From Bugula neritina (Eukaryota > Animalia > Bryozoa), in assembly GCA_964035545.1 (NCBI GenBank), contig OZ037773.1, positions 3,873,751-3,937,750 on the forward strand: DNA of 64,000 bases, written 5' to 3'. Shown piece after piece: positions 41,304 to 56,492 of this stretch. Position numbers and translations under genes: made by a program. How positions within the stretch are numbered: the first letter of the stretch is position 1; each line of letters opens with the position of its first letter. The notes beneath the pieces were generated by a model. It had not been told where the DNA came from. It saw only the letters and a list, made by a program, of their open reading frames with translations, and did no database searches.

Positions 41304-44300
41304 ATGATATGCTGTAGCAGCCCACTTGTAGCTAAATACAGTGTAAGGTTTCTTGGTCATCTGCTGTGTATCTTAGGTAAAGTATTGGTATCACAGCCTT
41401 TGGTGCTGGATCACCATAAATCTGTCTTCTCAAACGAAAGCTATTAGGGATATTATTTCACACATTCTTTAGAAGTCTGCCTGCAACCGCACAATTCTTC
41501 GCCAATTCAATTTTTTAAATTCAACCTATTTGATATATTGATAGACTACCACATTCTAATGTGGTAATATGTGTTTGATTACGTTTGCATATTTTGTATT
41601 ATATAACTTTGTTATGCTAAAATTGTCCGTCATAAAATCGGCACGTAGTCGTAACAGCCAATTGACTTATAGATAGCTGTTTTGTTCTGCTAACTTTTCT
41701 AGTGAGTAAGTCAAATATAGTTTGGTAATCTTCTTGTAAGCATGACAAATTACATCCTGAAATACATTCCTATTTGTTGACAAATCACTGGACATTAAAT
41801 AGAAATAACCTTTCAATCATTTTTACAAAGTTATTCAAGTGTTGATTTTGATTTTGAAGCCAACGGAAAAAGCATGCTATCAATTAGATTGAATGGCTGC
41901 CATATCTTCAGCTCAACAACTATACATTTGAAAAAATTATTCTCACAGCATCAGTCTATTTCTCTATGCATTTTAAATGAAAAGCTATTATCCTACATAT
42001 GTAATAATTTCAGACATCCAGTGGCCTAAATGAAAATATAAAGAAACCTGCTGAAGATGGCACTGTCTATGAAGATCCCCCACCACCCTATTCAGAAGTG
42101 AGATACTCTTAATATTATACCTAAAATATCTCACCTTGGTATCTCACCTTTAATATCCTACCTCGAATATCTCACCTTTATTATTCTATTGTTAATATCC
42201 TACCTAGAACTTCATCTTTAATACCTTAACTTTAATATCTTGCTTAACATCTCACCGTACTATCTCACCTAAACTTCCACCAATAATATCTTACCTAATA
42301 ACTCACCTTTATCATCTCACCTTAAAATATTTCAGCTAAGCTTTGTTTAACTGCTACTATACTTGGCACTACTTTATTGTTATTTTTAGTTGAAGTGTGA
42401 AATTTGCTCTACCACTGTGGGAGATGGCTTAAGGAAACCAAAGGTTTTGCCATGTGGAAACTGCTATTGCTTACCTTGCCTTATTAAGCACTACAGCCAG
42501 CCTAACGATGCCATGCATGAACAGGTGCCAGCAAGGTGAGTGACAATGTTTATAGTAAGGTGGATTCCCTTATCTTCTTAACTTATATGTTGAGAATAAC
42601 TCAAAGGTAAAGGTTGCACCTTCAGTGTACTAAAAGCTACATAATTAACTGCCAACCTTTCTGTGCCTGCCCTGTGCTCAAGTTGTACTCTGTTTTGCAG
42701 TCATACTTTATGTTTAAGTTTTACTCTGTTTTAGAGTAAAATGTTGTGGTCAAATTGTACGCTATTTCAGGGTAACACTTTATGCTCAAGTTTTACTCTG
42801 TTTTAGAGAGCCACCATTGCAAGCTGACTCAATCTCTATGACCGTTAGTCATCTTTCGGTGCCTATGGACTCAGATGTGAGTATCTTATATTAATAACCT
42901 CTGCCCCTTAGTTAGAGGAGCAGCTTATACAGAAGGGTATTGTGTTCACCCAAATCTTGGTATTTGTTCAAATGAATAACACAATCTTTTTATATTTTTG
43001 TAATTGTAAAGGTTGTGTTGAAACTGATCATTAAAATGTTCTCAAGTCTTTTGCCCAAACCCACTGTAATAACTGTATTTTTACTTCTTTATAACTTATA
43101 TATGAAGTGGTTTGTAGTCTATTTGTTTATTTTTTGCTCATTTACCAGTCAATAGAATGAGTCTCTGTTTTTTTTATAAGTAAGTACTTCTCATACTACT
43201 TTCATTATGTAGGTTTCTTCGCTAATGACGAGTGATGCGCGTCTTGTGACGGACGAGGAAGATGTTCCCAAGTGCCCCATTCACAGGGGTGTGGTGTTTG
43301 ATAAGGGGTGCAAATGGTGCTACGCCCCTCTCTGTGAGCAATGCATTACTAACCCGGACCACTGCCCAAAGAGAGGTGCTTCTTTACTCCATGTTATCTA
43401 TTTTGCTATTTGTTTAGTTTACTATGCTGTTTCACATTTCCTGTAAAGATATCTTTAAATATGAAATACTTATTAGTTGGTGTTATTCTACACATCTATG
43501 CTGTGGTGTTATTTTAGCATATAAAGTGTTTTTTTTTCAAGTATGAATTTTTTGGTAAAAGCACCTCTTCTTAGTATGCTCTTATTTTGAGGCCAAATTA
43601 AAAGATAGTCTGGCAGAACTGGGGGTTAGGTTCGCAACCTCGGATAAAGTTTTTTTCTCTCTTGATTATTTATCTTGAGGGTCCAGGTAAATATTTCCAG
43701 GTGGGTGTGGACCCGCCACCCTTGAGCATTTCGAGAAATCCAAGATGGCCGCCAATTATGAAAAAAGTCGTCATCTAATAGGCATAAAGTCTATATTATG
43801 TTGCAAAAACAAAAGTTTTTTAATGATTCAAATAGATGTGCAATTTTGGAATGAATATGTGCCATGCCAGCTTGCAAAATTAATCAAAGTAAAGAGCCAA
43901 GAGACATGTTGTTCAGCTCAAAAATCGGAATTGCTTCAATAAAACATCACATATGGTGCAGAGAAATGATACAAGGTTTTTGAACAATTGTTTGGACAGA
44001 TATATAAAGAAAAACATTGCTCATTGCCAGTGAATAAAAAGTGAAAAAGATAGAGGCATATTGCTCAGCTAAAATTAAAATGGAACATATATATAATCAA
44101 ACAGATGTGACAAACTTTTGCTCATGTTCATATTAAGCACCTTTCTCATTTTTTTCTATCATTAGCATTTGTTAGACATGTTAGTTCATTGCAGCACACC
44201 CCTGTTACTGCTTCACAAGGAGAGAACTCTGTGCATGGGATAGATATGTACTAGAACAGCCATATCTCGTTGTTTTGCATGATTGTTGGCTTCCACAGGA

Positions 44301-47300
44301 GCATCTAATGAATTTAGGCCATTTTACTTTATTTAGCACACATCAACAGATTATGATCAAAAATTTTTAAGTTTACTCAAAATTCATGAAAACTTGCTAT
44401 TATAGAGTAATAGAATTTGCTGATTTTAACTATGCATAGCAAAAACACTGGGAAGAGGTCCTGCAACATATAAGTGCAGCGTCATGTCATAGGAGCTAAA
44501 TATATATTTGTGAACCATCATGGTTCATATAATATATCTCAATGTACTAATAAATTAGGAAAAAGCAAAGAAAATCATGCATAATTGAAAAAGCCTAAAA
44601 TATTCAGTTTTATTTGCTAAAATTTCAATAGTTTGAGGCTAAAATCTATATACAAGAGTAGCTAAAGTGTAAAAAATCGCCAATGTTCTAGTGGGTTTAA
44701 TGCCGCAGTTTCATATGGCTACCTGGAGGCGTGCTCTGGTGACATTGTCCAATAGCTTCATCGGTAGCAGGCAAAGTACATAAGCTTAAGTCACATCGCA
44801 AATAGCATTGCTGACCTTGGTATTCTAAGCCTTTTGTTTTGTAGATGTCATGGAGGAACACTTTGCATAAGCGTAGCAACATAGCATAAACCTGGTAGCT
44901 TGTATGAATAGTAATCCTGAAAAAAGCCCTAGTGTCACCAAATCACACTTTCTTTCTACCACGACATTTAGTATGACTCCCTTTCCAATGTTTTACATTG
45001 TTGCCACTACATCACACCCTGAGAGGCCATGGGACGGCAGCAAATTGTCCATTATAGGAATTTGTCTTGGACTTTCTCACCTAGTACGCTGTGGTCTAAG
45101 ATGGGTGGTGGTTTTGCAGGGCACCAAGTGCTATCAGAGAGTGTCATCTGATTCTGTCGTCAACATCTTCATCTGAGAGGCCACATTTCAGTATGACATC
45201 CTTCACTGTATTCATTAACCTTTTCTTTGGCCTCCCTCTTTTTCTCTGTATCTTCATCTCAGCCACCATTATAATATCTTCATCCCTATCTCTTCGGCGC
45301 ACATGTCCATACTATTGAAGAGGTCTTCTCTTCATGCCTATTGCGATGGCTTTTATTTTGGCCTCCTCCTTATATTATCATTTGTTATATGGTCTTCCCA
45401 CTCTATATTGTAAATGTGACAAGGCATTCTCATCTCAGTTGCACTTATCTTGTTCTCTTGTCTTTGAGTCAGTGGCCCTGTCTGATATCCATACATCAGT
45501 GTAGTTTTTATTGTCATCTTGTATAACAGAACCTCCTGCTTGGTGGACATTTTCTTAATTTCTTGTGCATCCTTCTTTGAGTAGTCATTGCAGAATTCAA
45601 TCTTCCTTTTGGCAGACTCCCTGCCCTTTGAATCAGATTGGTTTCTTGATTGCATCTCATCCTTATGAGTAGTGGAAGCATTTATTTCAGACTCATCTCT
45701 GATGTCACTGAGGCCTTACTGTATCTTGTTGCATGCAGAAGTGCTATACACCCACACCTTGACAATTTCAGTTTTATTGGTGATACCAATGATTCCCCCT
45801 TGTTGTGACCAAATCTCACGAAGGTCACCTCAATGGTCATGTCCGGCCAGATGCCGTCGAGCTGGCCGAGTTTATGATGCATTGTGTGGTTACCAGCCAC
45901 GAATTCAATCCTTACATCTTGTGGCATGACCTACATGCTATACCGATATAAATACGTTTCCTCTTCCATTGCTAGGTGTAAGGCCCAGTCTCCTTCTCTA
46001 TCAGCTATGATGTGGGTGTTGATGGTAAAAATTGGTCTAATAAAGCACATGGCCCACAGTTTTGCTGTTCTTGAGCTCTCTGAAATCTTGGTCAACATCT
46101 TTTCAAGGTCCTCCATGCTAGTGATTACACTTTCATCAAAGACTGGCTTCAACAGCTCTCCCACCAATATTCTCAGGCCCCGTGCATTATGGGAAAACTT
46201 TTTCTATTTAGCATTTTGAGGAAACTACCAAAAGTAGAATTAACTACTTTTACCAAATCAGTTTCAACCATTTGGTGTTCCATTGCACTGAACATAGGTC
46301 ATTAAAGTGGAGAAATTAATAGTAAACTTTTATGAAAGGAGATTGGTATGAAAAAGGTAGGGAACCACTGTTCTAATAGATGTATTACTTTCCCCAGCAT
46401 AAAATGGATTCTTATTCATAAAAAAACTGTTTACAAATATTTTTAGAGAAAAAGTCAAATGTGCTGATAGTAGAAGTAGTTTTCGAAAGCAAAAATGTCA
46501 ATATTTAGATAAATGATGTGTCAATAATAAAGCAATTAAATTATGTTAAGAAGTCAGGGTATTGTGTTATTAAGGTTGTTGACCCCTTTTATCTAACTTT
46601 AAAAACATGGCTAAAGTTTTAAAACTGGAAATAACTATTAAATTGGCAGCTCAACAAACCTTTTTGATAGGCATGCTAGTTTGAAATAAATTGCTATTTA
46701 GCTCAAATGACAATGACGTTGCATTTCAATTTTACAGAACCCCTTTCAGTTTTATTTGTTGGACATATTTGTAATCAGCATATAAAATCACCCCATACAG
46801 TAAATTTTCATGAATTTAGAACAAACTGATGCAGAGATGCAAGGAAATTATAAACACGGCAAGGCTAGTTTAAACTTAAGAAAATGAATGATTAAGGCTT
46901 AGCTTAGTTACCCTTGGGGATCATTTGCCTATTACTCAATAATACACATGATAAAGGCACATGCATCTTTATTATATTAATTTCTAAAGATTTCAAAGCA
47001 TTGGAACCTTAAATTTAGCCTCGGCGGGTAGATACATTTGAATTATAAAGAATCGTCTAGTGCCTGGCGGCCATCTTGGATTTCTCAAAATGCTCAAGGG
47101 TAAGAAGTCCACACCCTCCTGGAAACATTTACCTAGACCCTATATTTGAATAATCAGAAGAGAAAAAAACTTTATCCGGGAGTGCAAACCTAAGTCAAAA
47201 ATTGGTGTTTTTCTGCCAGACTAAGAACTTGAAGCCTTTGATAATGGTTTGTGTTGTAGCTCCTGCAGGGAATCAGCACGTCAGCGACTCTCTGGACAGT

Positions 47301-50300
47301 CTGATGGAGGCTATTCGAAGGAAGCTAGACTCCTTGAGCTTTGATGTCGACAGTAAAAGAGAAAATCTCTCAGTTCTGAGGGCTGAATGTGAGGCAGCTA
47401 AGGATAAGTACAGTGAGGGAACAGCGGAGTGCAAGCGTATGATTGAAACGGCTAAAGTTGGGCAGGTAATGTCACTATAAGTCACTCAGTCACTATGAGT
47501 TACTATAAATCACTCAGTTACTATATGTCACTACAAGTCACTATAACTCACTCAGTTACTATAAGTAACTACAAGTCATTCAGTCACTATAAGTCATTCA
47601 GTCACTCTGAACTGATAACAGAGGCTACAAATTAGCCAACACACTAGTTTGTTTGTTTGTTTGTTTTCTTTATTTCCATCAAAAAAAACAAAAGGACAAA
47701 AAAATACAAATATACAACAGTAACACAAAAAAGAGCTAAATTCAATTTATATATAATATCAATCGAAGTCAAGATGGGGGCCCATGTGCTCAGTAGCATA
47801 GCTATTCAAGGAGCGGGGCCCAAGTGGCAGTTGAAAAAATAGTGGGAACTATTTATTCAGATTAAGTTAGAGATTTTAGTAGGTGCTTTTTCAACAATAT
47901 TTTAAATGTGGCAAAGCTTTGATGATGTCTTAAAGTCAGAGGTAGCTTATTCCAATTGCTAGACATCTGGTAGTACACTTGACGATGACCTGCTGCGGAG
48001 GTAGAGAGAGGTAAGGGTAAGGAAAGTTCAGAATGTCTGGTGAGGTAAGTTGGTGGTTGTTTGGTGTGAGATGGAGTATAATAAGCTGAATGACCAAGAA
48101 GACATAGGCGGTAGATATACAAGAGATCAATAGGAAGAATTTCTGCTTTGATAAATAGAGGTGACGTGTGTTCAGTAGGTGATTTGTGGAAAATAATGCG
48201 AATAATGCGTTTTTGAATTAAAAGCAATTTGTTCAGATGGGTTTTAGGGGCATTTCCCCAGGCTTCTAAGCAATATGTAAGTTTGCTGTTTATCAGACTG
48301 TTATATAATAAAATCAAAGCTTTGTATGGCAAAAACTTTGAAGCTAAGTATATCATACCAGTTACTTTGTTGAGCTGAGTCCTTAAAGAATTTATATGAG
48401 CACACCAGTTTAAGTTAATGTCAATGACTACACCTAAAAATTTTATTTCTGAGCTAGGTGAGAGAGGTATATTGTCAATATGGATGGTACTGTTAAGTAC
48501 AAAATTCTTTTGGTAGTTTTTAACAATGATATAGTTTGTTTTCGTTAAGTTTAGAGTTAGTTTGTTTGCAATGCACCAGTTATTAACTTTATTTAGTGAG
48601 GAGTTTATATTTCCAATATCAGCATTTAAATCTTTGCTCTTCCAAAAAAGATTTGTGTCGTCGGCAAACAGAATAGTATCAAATAAAGGACAATGGGTAG
48701 CTAAATCATTTATGTACAGCAGAAAGAGCACAGGGCCCAAGATAGAGCCCTGGGGAACTCCACAGGTGATATGCAAGGAATTGGATATACTGTTCTCTTT
48801 ATAACATGCTGTGTTCGATTGGTCAAGTAGTTTTGAATTAAACTTATGGAGTGAGAATCAAAATTGTAATCTCGTAGTTTCCGTAGCAAAATATTGTGGT
48901 TGATTGTATCGAATGCTTTTGAGAAATCAATGAAAATACCCAATATTACTAATGAGTCATTAAGTGCTTTGAAGGATTGGTCTGAAAACTTAAACAGTGC
49001 GTCTTGTGCACCCTTCTTCTGTTGGAAGCCAAATTGAGAAACCGACAAAATTTTGTGTAGGTTTAAATGTTCATTTAATTGCTTGCAGATTATTTTAGAG
49101 TAAACTAGTACAAATAACTTTCAAATAAGTTGAAGCCCCTTTGGAATTTAATGATCTATATTTTCTAAATTTTTTAGCTAAAAGCTGGTTTAACCTTGTG
49201 AACCATTTATTATTGTGAAATTTAACTAAGTTTAAAGGATTAGGATAAATTTATAAATATGCCTCTTTAATTTAAATGCTAAAAAGATAATAGCTTTGGT
49301 TAAGAAAGCAGGTTGCTGTTTATGCTTTACTTTTTTGCACTATAGGCTTCATAATAGTTATGAATTTTTCACTTTTCTAATTTCAGACTCTGGAAATTCT
49401 TGCTAAATACATGGAATTTGAAAAGATTCTTGCAGCTAGTCGTGAAAAGGAGAGGCAGAAATTGGAAGAGTTTCAAGAAGGTCTAACAAATAAGATGATG
49501 ACTCTTGAAGGAAATGTTAGGACAGTCAGGTCTGGGCTCCAGGCTCAGCAACAGGTGGGAAATCATGAAATACCTGGGATAAATCAGATCATATATCTAT
49601 ATATTCTACTGGTGTTTGTACCACAACAAGTGTTAATATCATGACAAGTGTGTATTGTGGTAGGTGTGTATCATAGCAGGTGTTTGTATTATGACAGGTG
49701 TGTGTATCGTGACAGGTGCTTGTATCATGACAGTTGTGTGTACCATGACAGGTGCTTGTATCATGACCGTTGTGTGTGCCTTGACAGGTGTGTGTAACAT
49801 GACAGGCGTTTGTATCATGACAGGTGCTTGTATCATGATAGGTGTGTGTATCATGACAGGTGTGTGTATCATGACAAGTGTGTGTAACATGACAGATGTT
49901 TGTATCATGACAGGTGTGTGTATCATGACAGGTGCTTGTATCATGATAGGTGTGTGTATCATGACAGCTGTGTGTATCATGACAAGCGTGTGTAACATGA
50001 CAGACGTTTGTATCATGACAGGTGCTTGTATCATGACAGCCTGGCAATTTATTACAGTATAGAAACACTCTTGAGTAAAAGTCATATAAAAACAAATGCG
50101 TAATAAACTGCAATGGCTGTTGAATTATAACTCAAAGCTAGTAGTTTACAAACTTGGTTAGTCTTCAACGTCAAAAACTTAGCTATTATAAACCATCAAG
50201 CTCATGGTTGAAAAGAAGTTGTTTAGTAAATCCAACTTTCTTTTTTGCAAAATTAGATACATGTAGTCTAGTGCAGCCAAAACAATCTAGTCGGTGTTGG

Positions 50301-52789
50301 TACTTGTAGCTACAGCCTGTCCACTTCGGGGCAGCCGTTTAATACTGGTCATTAATTTCTTAAAAAGTTAGTGACTGGTTACACAACGCATGTAACGTGT
50401 TTAGACATGTCTGGCTAGACAGACATGTCTACGTACTCTGATTGGTTGAACAATTCATAATTTATCTATTTATTCACCAACGAGATTATTTCTTTACAAG
50501 GCTTTCTTTACAAGTAATTTTTACTAAAGGCTTCTTTGGTCTTATTGAATGCAAAAGTTTTTTCTCGCATAAAAACATACGTAGAAAAGTATATGTTTTC
50601 ATGATGATTAGTGTTTGTGATGCCCAGTTTGCATACCAGTATTTTTCATCGTAGATTTTTAGACACCCATAATCAACCTATTATTTGATGAAACTATTGG
50701 ATAATATACAAGTATTTTCCAGCCTCATTCACTAATTTTTTCAAAGGGTTTTGATTATAAGTATATCCCAAATTATTTTTGCCTACATGCCTGCTTATAC
50801 ACCTGATGTTTAATGGCTGGTACCGACACTCTATTTTAGTTGTTACGAGTCGATGACTGGCTTAAAATTGCATTAAGCATAAGCAATAATGATTTGCTGT
50901 TTTCTGTCATGAAAAGACAATTTCTAGCTGGAAAGGAAGTTTCATAGTCTATTGTTATAATTTACAGGCTAAGGTGCTGGTGAGATATCAAGAAACTAGG
51001 AAATTAGTGGACTCTTTCTCTAGTCTAACACTAGAGGATACTACTGCCCAGCCAGGTATTGCTTTATGTTATATTTTATTTTATTTTATTTTATTATATG
51101 TTGTATTACATTTTATTACGTTGTATATCGCATTATATATGAGATGATATTTCATCAATTGAGTAAACACTTACTGCATTAGCAATCTTCTGCTGTAAAT
51201 ACATTAATATACACTAATTACCATACAACTTGTAGTGACTTGTCAGTTGTCTTCTTTTTATAGCCAACCGTCAAGAGTAGATAACTTTGGATATGTTGTA
51301 ATTGAAACTTTTTTATAACATAATTATATTATAATTTTTTTTCTTTCCCATTAAATAAATTGGTTACGGGAATTATAATTCAATCTCAATAATTTTAATT
51401 TTATAAATATAACATCTGCTTCCAACTCAACAGTTACACCATTTCCTGTTGGTAAAACACAATAGCCTTAGGAATTATGGCTCCAATTATATGAAGTCAT
51501 TTTTTCAAATGTCCACATTTATAATTGGATAGTATGTTATTATTTAACAAAAAACAATGTACAATAACTCAAAAGTATAATTATATAATGTTTCTTGTTG
51601 GAGTTGTCTAACCTCTTTTATGCAGTCATTTAATGTTGCCTTGTTATTTATATTTTAGGGAACCCATCTCGGGATATTGAGATGGAAAAGAATGAAGCAG
51701 CCAGACTCTGCTTGAGAGAGAAAGTGGCCCTGAAGAGGCTGCCCAAACCAAACTTAATAAATCAATTGCCTAGCGTTGATCTGTCCAAAAAGGTTAAATG
51801 CGTTCATCGGTGTTTCCAAGACACATATTTAGGCCACCAAAATGGAGTCATCAAAGTTTCAGAAAATAATGATGTCATCGACGATTTTATCGTAACCAAG
51901 ATGATGGTGATGTCCGTTTCAGTAGAAATGGATCGGCTATACACGCTAGAATATGACTGGGCATCCTTTTTTGTGCGAGTCTACAACATGGCCGGCGAGC
52001 CTTTAAACGGATGGCAACATCATGATAAGAAGTTTGAAAGTAATAAACTGGTCGTAGTGGATGGTAAAGTTGTCGTTCCAAATAGAGAGAAAGCGCAGCT
52101 GAATATTTACAAAGCAGAAGATGGTACAGAATTACCCAGTGTACCCTGTGATATTCTGAGGAAGTCAGGCACGACCTCCATCTGTAGTCCCGACTCGGAG
52201 ACCGTCATTGTGGCTGTGTGCAATTTCCGAATGTGCCGTATTGATTTGAGTACACGTGAGGTAGTGGAGTGGCCCACTGGCTATAAAGCTGCGCTCAGCA
52301 TGACATGCTTTGGCAGAGACTTCCTGCTCGTGGCTGGCCAATCTTCTTTCAAAGTGGAGCTCACTATTATCAATGCTAACACAGGTAAGTGTGCCCAAAA
52401 GTATTTTGTGTTGAGCAGTAACCACTGGAGGGGGTATTAGAGCCTCTCCTCTACCGCCTGGTTTATTAAACATTTACTAATTACTAGAGGATTGGCTAGG
52501 ATTGATAGCTTTGGAGTTGTTCTTCTTTATTTGATGCTTTTTTAAACTAATATTATGTGTTATTACTGACAGAATTCCATCCCAGTAAGTTGTAACTTTT
52601 TTGCTTTTATATTCGTAATTCTTTATATGGAAATGTTTGATTTGCTCAGGTGCTGTGGAGGGCACACTCGACTGCGGACAAACTCGGAGAACAAAGTTTG
52701 TTATCCCCGACCTGCACACTGATGGGAACACCCTGGCTGTCTCCCAGTCCTTTAACAAGCAAATCTTGTTCTACTCTTTTAATAGTTAA
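41304..52789 (+). CDS. TRIM-like protein: PPxY motif, degenerate RING, B-box, coiled coil, beta-propeller (NHL-like) C-terminus
   Basis: In-frame exons 41304-41342, 42014-42097 (YEDPPPPYSE), 42390-42535 (CEIC..KPKVLPCGNCYCLPCL), 42807-42876, 43213-43375 (CPIH..CKWC..LCEQC), then about 47260-47465, 49387-49553, 50968-51055, 51659-52384 and 52649-52789. The first exon is tentative. Confidence 0.8.
43606..47223 (-). mobile_element. Academ-type DNA transposon remnant in a TRIM-like intron
   Basis: About 150-bp imperfect TIRs starting TAGTCTGGCAGAA / ending TTCTGCCAGACTA; 3-bp TSD aga. Broken transposase motifs on the minus strand: LWAMCFIRP..DREGDWALHL, HHKLGQLDGIWPDMTIEVTFVRFGH, HGLSGCDVVA and terminal IRCSCGS..C. 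Confidence 0.8.
45070..45535 (-). mobile_element. RTE-clade LINE 3' fragment nested in the Academ element
   Basis: YKMTIKTTLMYG..KISATEMRM..WEDHITNDNIRRR..YGHVRRRD..KRGRPKKR is the typical RTE C-terminus; stops are present. Confidence 0.8.
47470..47607. repeat. gtcactataa/gtcactca micro-repeat directly after a splice donor
   Basis: Degenerate 8-10-bp units. Confidence 0.8.
47648..49100 (-). mobile_element. 5'-truncated CR1/L2-like LINE (reverse transcriptase fragment with frameshift)
   Basis: QFGFQ..FIDFSKAFDTINH (48710-49048), then GVPQGSILGPVLFLLYINDL..FADDT..KFLGV (47862-48776) in another frame. AATAAA and an (AAAC)n tail at the 3' end; possible TSD acactagt/aaactagt. Confidence 0.9.
49636..50040. 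repeat. 18-bp minisatellite
   Basis: Unit tgtatcatgacaggtgtg, about 22 copies. Confidence 0.95.
50403..50430. promoter_or_regulatory. Candidate p53-family response element
   Basis: Two perfect RRRCWWGYYY decamers (AGACATGTCT) separated by 8 bp. Confidence 0.45.
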
Positions 52790-53310
52790 TTTTATTCAGC
52801 AGCTGAACTAGTGTTGGTTACCTAGTGTGATTGCAATGTGCTCATATATTTTAATATCTTCAGTGTGAAGCACTTCTCATCTTCTAATGGAATGTTTTCT
52901 AAAGGAATGCATTCCAGGCACTTTTTCTATTCAAGCAAAAAACTAGATGTTTTCTTTTTGATTTCCACTGACTTATAATGTTCAAAGGTTGTGATTTCAG
53001 TTTCAGGTCATTTATATGTTGGCAATATTTCAGTTACTGATAATATTGCTGTTTACTTTTTTAGATAATGATTCAATGTATTTTTATAGTTGTAGAGTAT
53101 TTTAGGAGAATATAGCTTTTGTAGTGGAATATTATTTTTGTAGAATTATTTGCTAGGTTTTAATTACCAGTGATTTACTGGCTATACTGTGACTGAAGTG
53201 CTTATTGTTAATTTCTTTCATAACATATCTGTTTTATCTACAGCATATTGTATTTTTGTATTAAAGCTTACACCTGCATTTTACTTGAAATCAATTCAGT
53301 TGGAGTCACT

Positions 53311-53325
53311 CCACTAGATGACGCT
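53311..53325 (+). promoter_or_regulatory. CTCF-like motif
   Basis: CCACTAGATGACGCT, one mismatch to CCACTAGATGGCGCT. Confidence 0.3.
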
Positions 53326-54108
53326 AAGCTTTATTTATTCTTATACTAGAGTATGTATGATTTCAGAAAGCTAACTCTAATACCTAATAATGTGCTTTTA
53401 AAAGTTAAAGTTTGCTTCCCATATTTTTTATATATTTTTAGTAATTGTTAATTGATTACCAATGATTACTAATTACTAGCGAAACAGTAGTGACTGCTTA
53501 ATTACAATTAGTTAGTAAATTTGTATTAATAGTAATTTAGTAACTAGTAACTATAAGCTAGAAGTAATTATTAAAACAGGTTTTTTATTTTAATATGATT
53601 TTTTTGCCAATATTGGTTACTGATTACTATATACAACTATTTGATAACAGTAACTCATTCACTTAGACTTATTCAAGCTCTGGACCTTTAAATTTTGCTG
53701 CAATTTGCAAATTTTCAAATGCAAGTTACAGGAATTCAAGCTCCTGTGTATCATTTATGTAGTAACAATACGCAACCACTTTCTATATTTATCACCTTCT
53801 AATACTTCGAATTTTCTCTGCTATGATGATGTAATAGTTCAATAAAAAAAGTTTAAAATGCTGACCTCAGTTTACAGGAAGTGTTTTGCAGAAGCTATGG
53901 CAGCTTAGTTCCGCCAGCCACTTCATATTGTTGGATCACAGTGTATTTAGTTATCTAGACATAAATTAAAGTGTTTAATTATTGTGTTTATTCATCTGTA
54001 TTTATCATATAATGCTGTTGAGCAGTATAATGAACCATGATATTATTTCTTGCATTAAAAATATAATATTAAGTGTGCACATATATAATATAAGCACAAA
54101 AGGGTCTA

Positions 54109-55110
<1,002 letters not shown>

Positions 55111-56492
55111 ATTGTCTTACAATTAGAAAAAAATACTTACATCATTATGTTATACCAGTTAATTTACATGATGCTGCATGTAAATTCTATAATATATGCA
55201 CAGCTCATGTTTATACATAAAAAAATTTTACAGTAGAATATTACAGATTTCAAAGTTACGTTGAAATGGTATATTTTATTATTTATAGAACTAATTACCT
55301 TATAAGCACATGTTGGCAAACTAAATGCATTTTTTGGTATATATCTTTTGGAAAATAATAGTTTATGGTTAAAATAATTTTACATACGACCCATAATTTC
55401 TCAAATTTTAAAGCAAATTTGACAGAGCTCTGATAAAAATATATTATGCAGTTCTCTTTTTGAGTCAAAATTTTGAAGCATAAAGTTACGTGCTAGGCAA
55501 CATGTTAGCTTTTAAAGGAAACAACTTCTAAATTAATACATCTAAGGTAAAAACAATGCAAATATCATAAACAATCGAACAATCATTGCATTCATAATAG
55601 TAATATAATATACGAAAATGTGTGTAGAGGTTCATTGTAACAATAGGACACTAAATTTCCTTATATGGTTTGCATATTTTCCCAACAATCAAACTGTTAC
55701 TATACTTAATAGATTAGGCAAATTAAACAAAATGGTGGTATTGAGTGAGATTTATTATTTCAGCGTTCCTTTATTGCAAACTACTGTATGTGCGTATTTT
55801 TATTACCCTTTTTCATTTTTTGCTTGATCAATAGGATTGGCGCAGCAGGGAGCTTTGTAGACTCGTAAGTTGAGATGAGTATTTTGTAAAATAATTGAAT
55901 TAAATAGGTGTTATTGACCATGTAATAATATTTATTTAAAAAGCAACTTGATTTTAGTAGACAGATACAGCATTGAGTTGGAATATTGTAATAGTTGTTG
56001 GTGACACTGGGAAGGGCACTGCTGAGGAAATAGCTTTTATAAGTTTTGAAGCTTATTAGTTCAAGTTATTATCTTCTTAGTATTTCACAATTTATTACAT
56101 TTACCGTTTATAGTATTACTAATAGTGAGAGGAAAATCTTTCAATAAAACTCATTTTTAAGTTAAAAGTTTTCATTATGATGAGAAACCTTCATAATTGA
56201 AAGTGGCAAAGCCTCAGACTATGCTAGCAACATAAACTGAGGGCTTTTAATGTAGCTCAGTAATAGATGGGACCATACGTTCTTCCTGATGTCACTAACA
56301 ACTAGGGCATGAACCCCATGATGTGTGTCAGCATAGAGCTTATCTAATAGCCTACAGATGCTTGCTTGCTTGCTTCTTTATTGCTGTATGTTTAATTTCA
56401 CTGTAAAAAGTTACCAAGCAATCATGTAACTTTTGCAACTTCAGCCAAGCATATATGAGCCAAGTTTAATTAAAATTTAATAAATATTTTAG

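Noticed and set aside
49589-50113. CHDTHT-repeat ORF resembling a His/Cys metal-binding protein
   Set aside because: An 18-bp intronic minisatellite open in several frames on both strands, with no splice or codon support.
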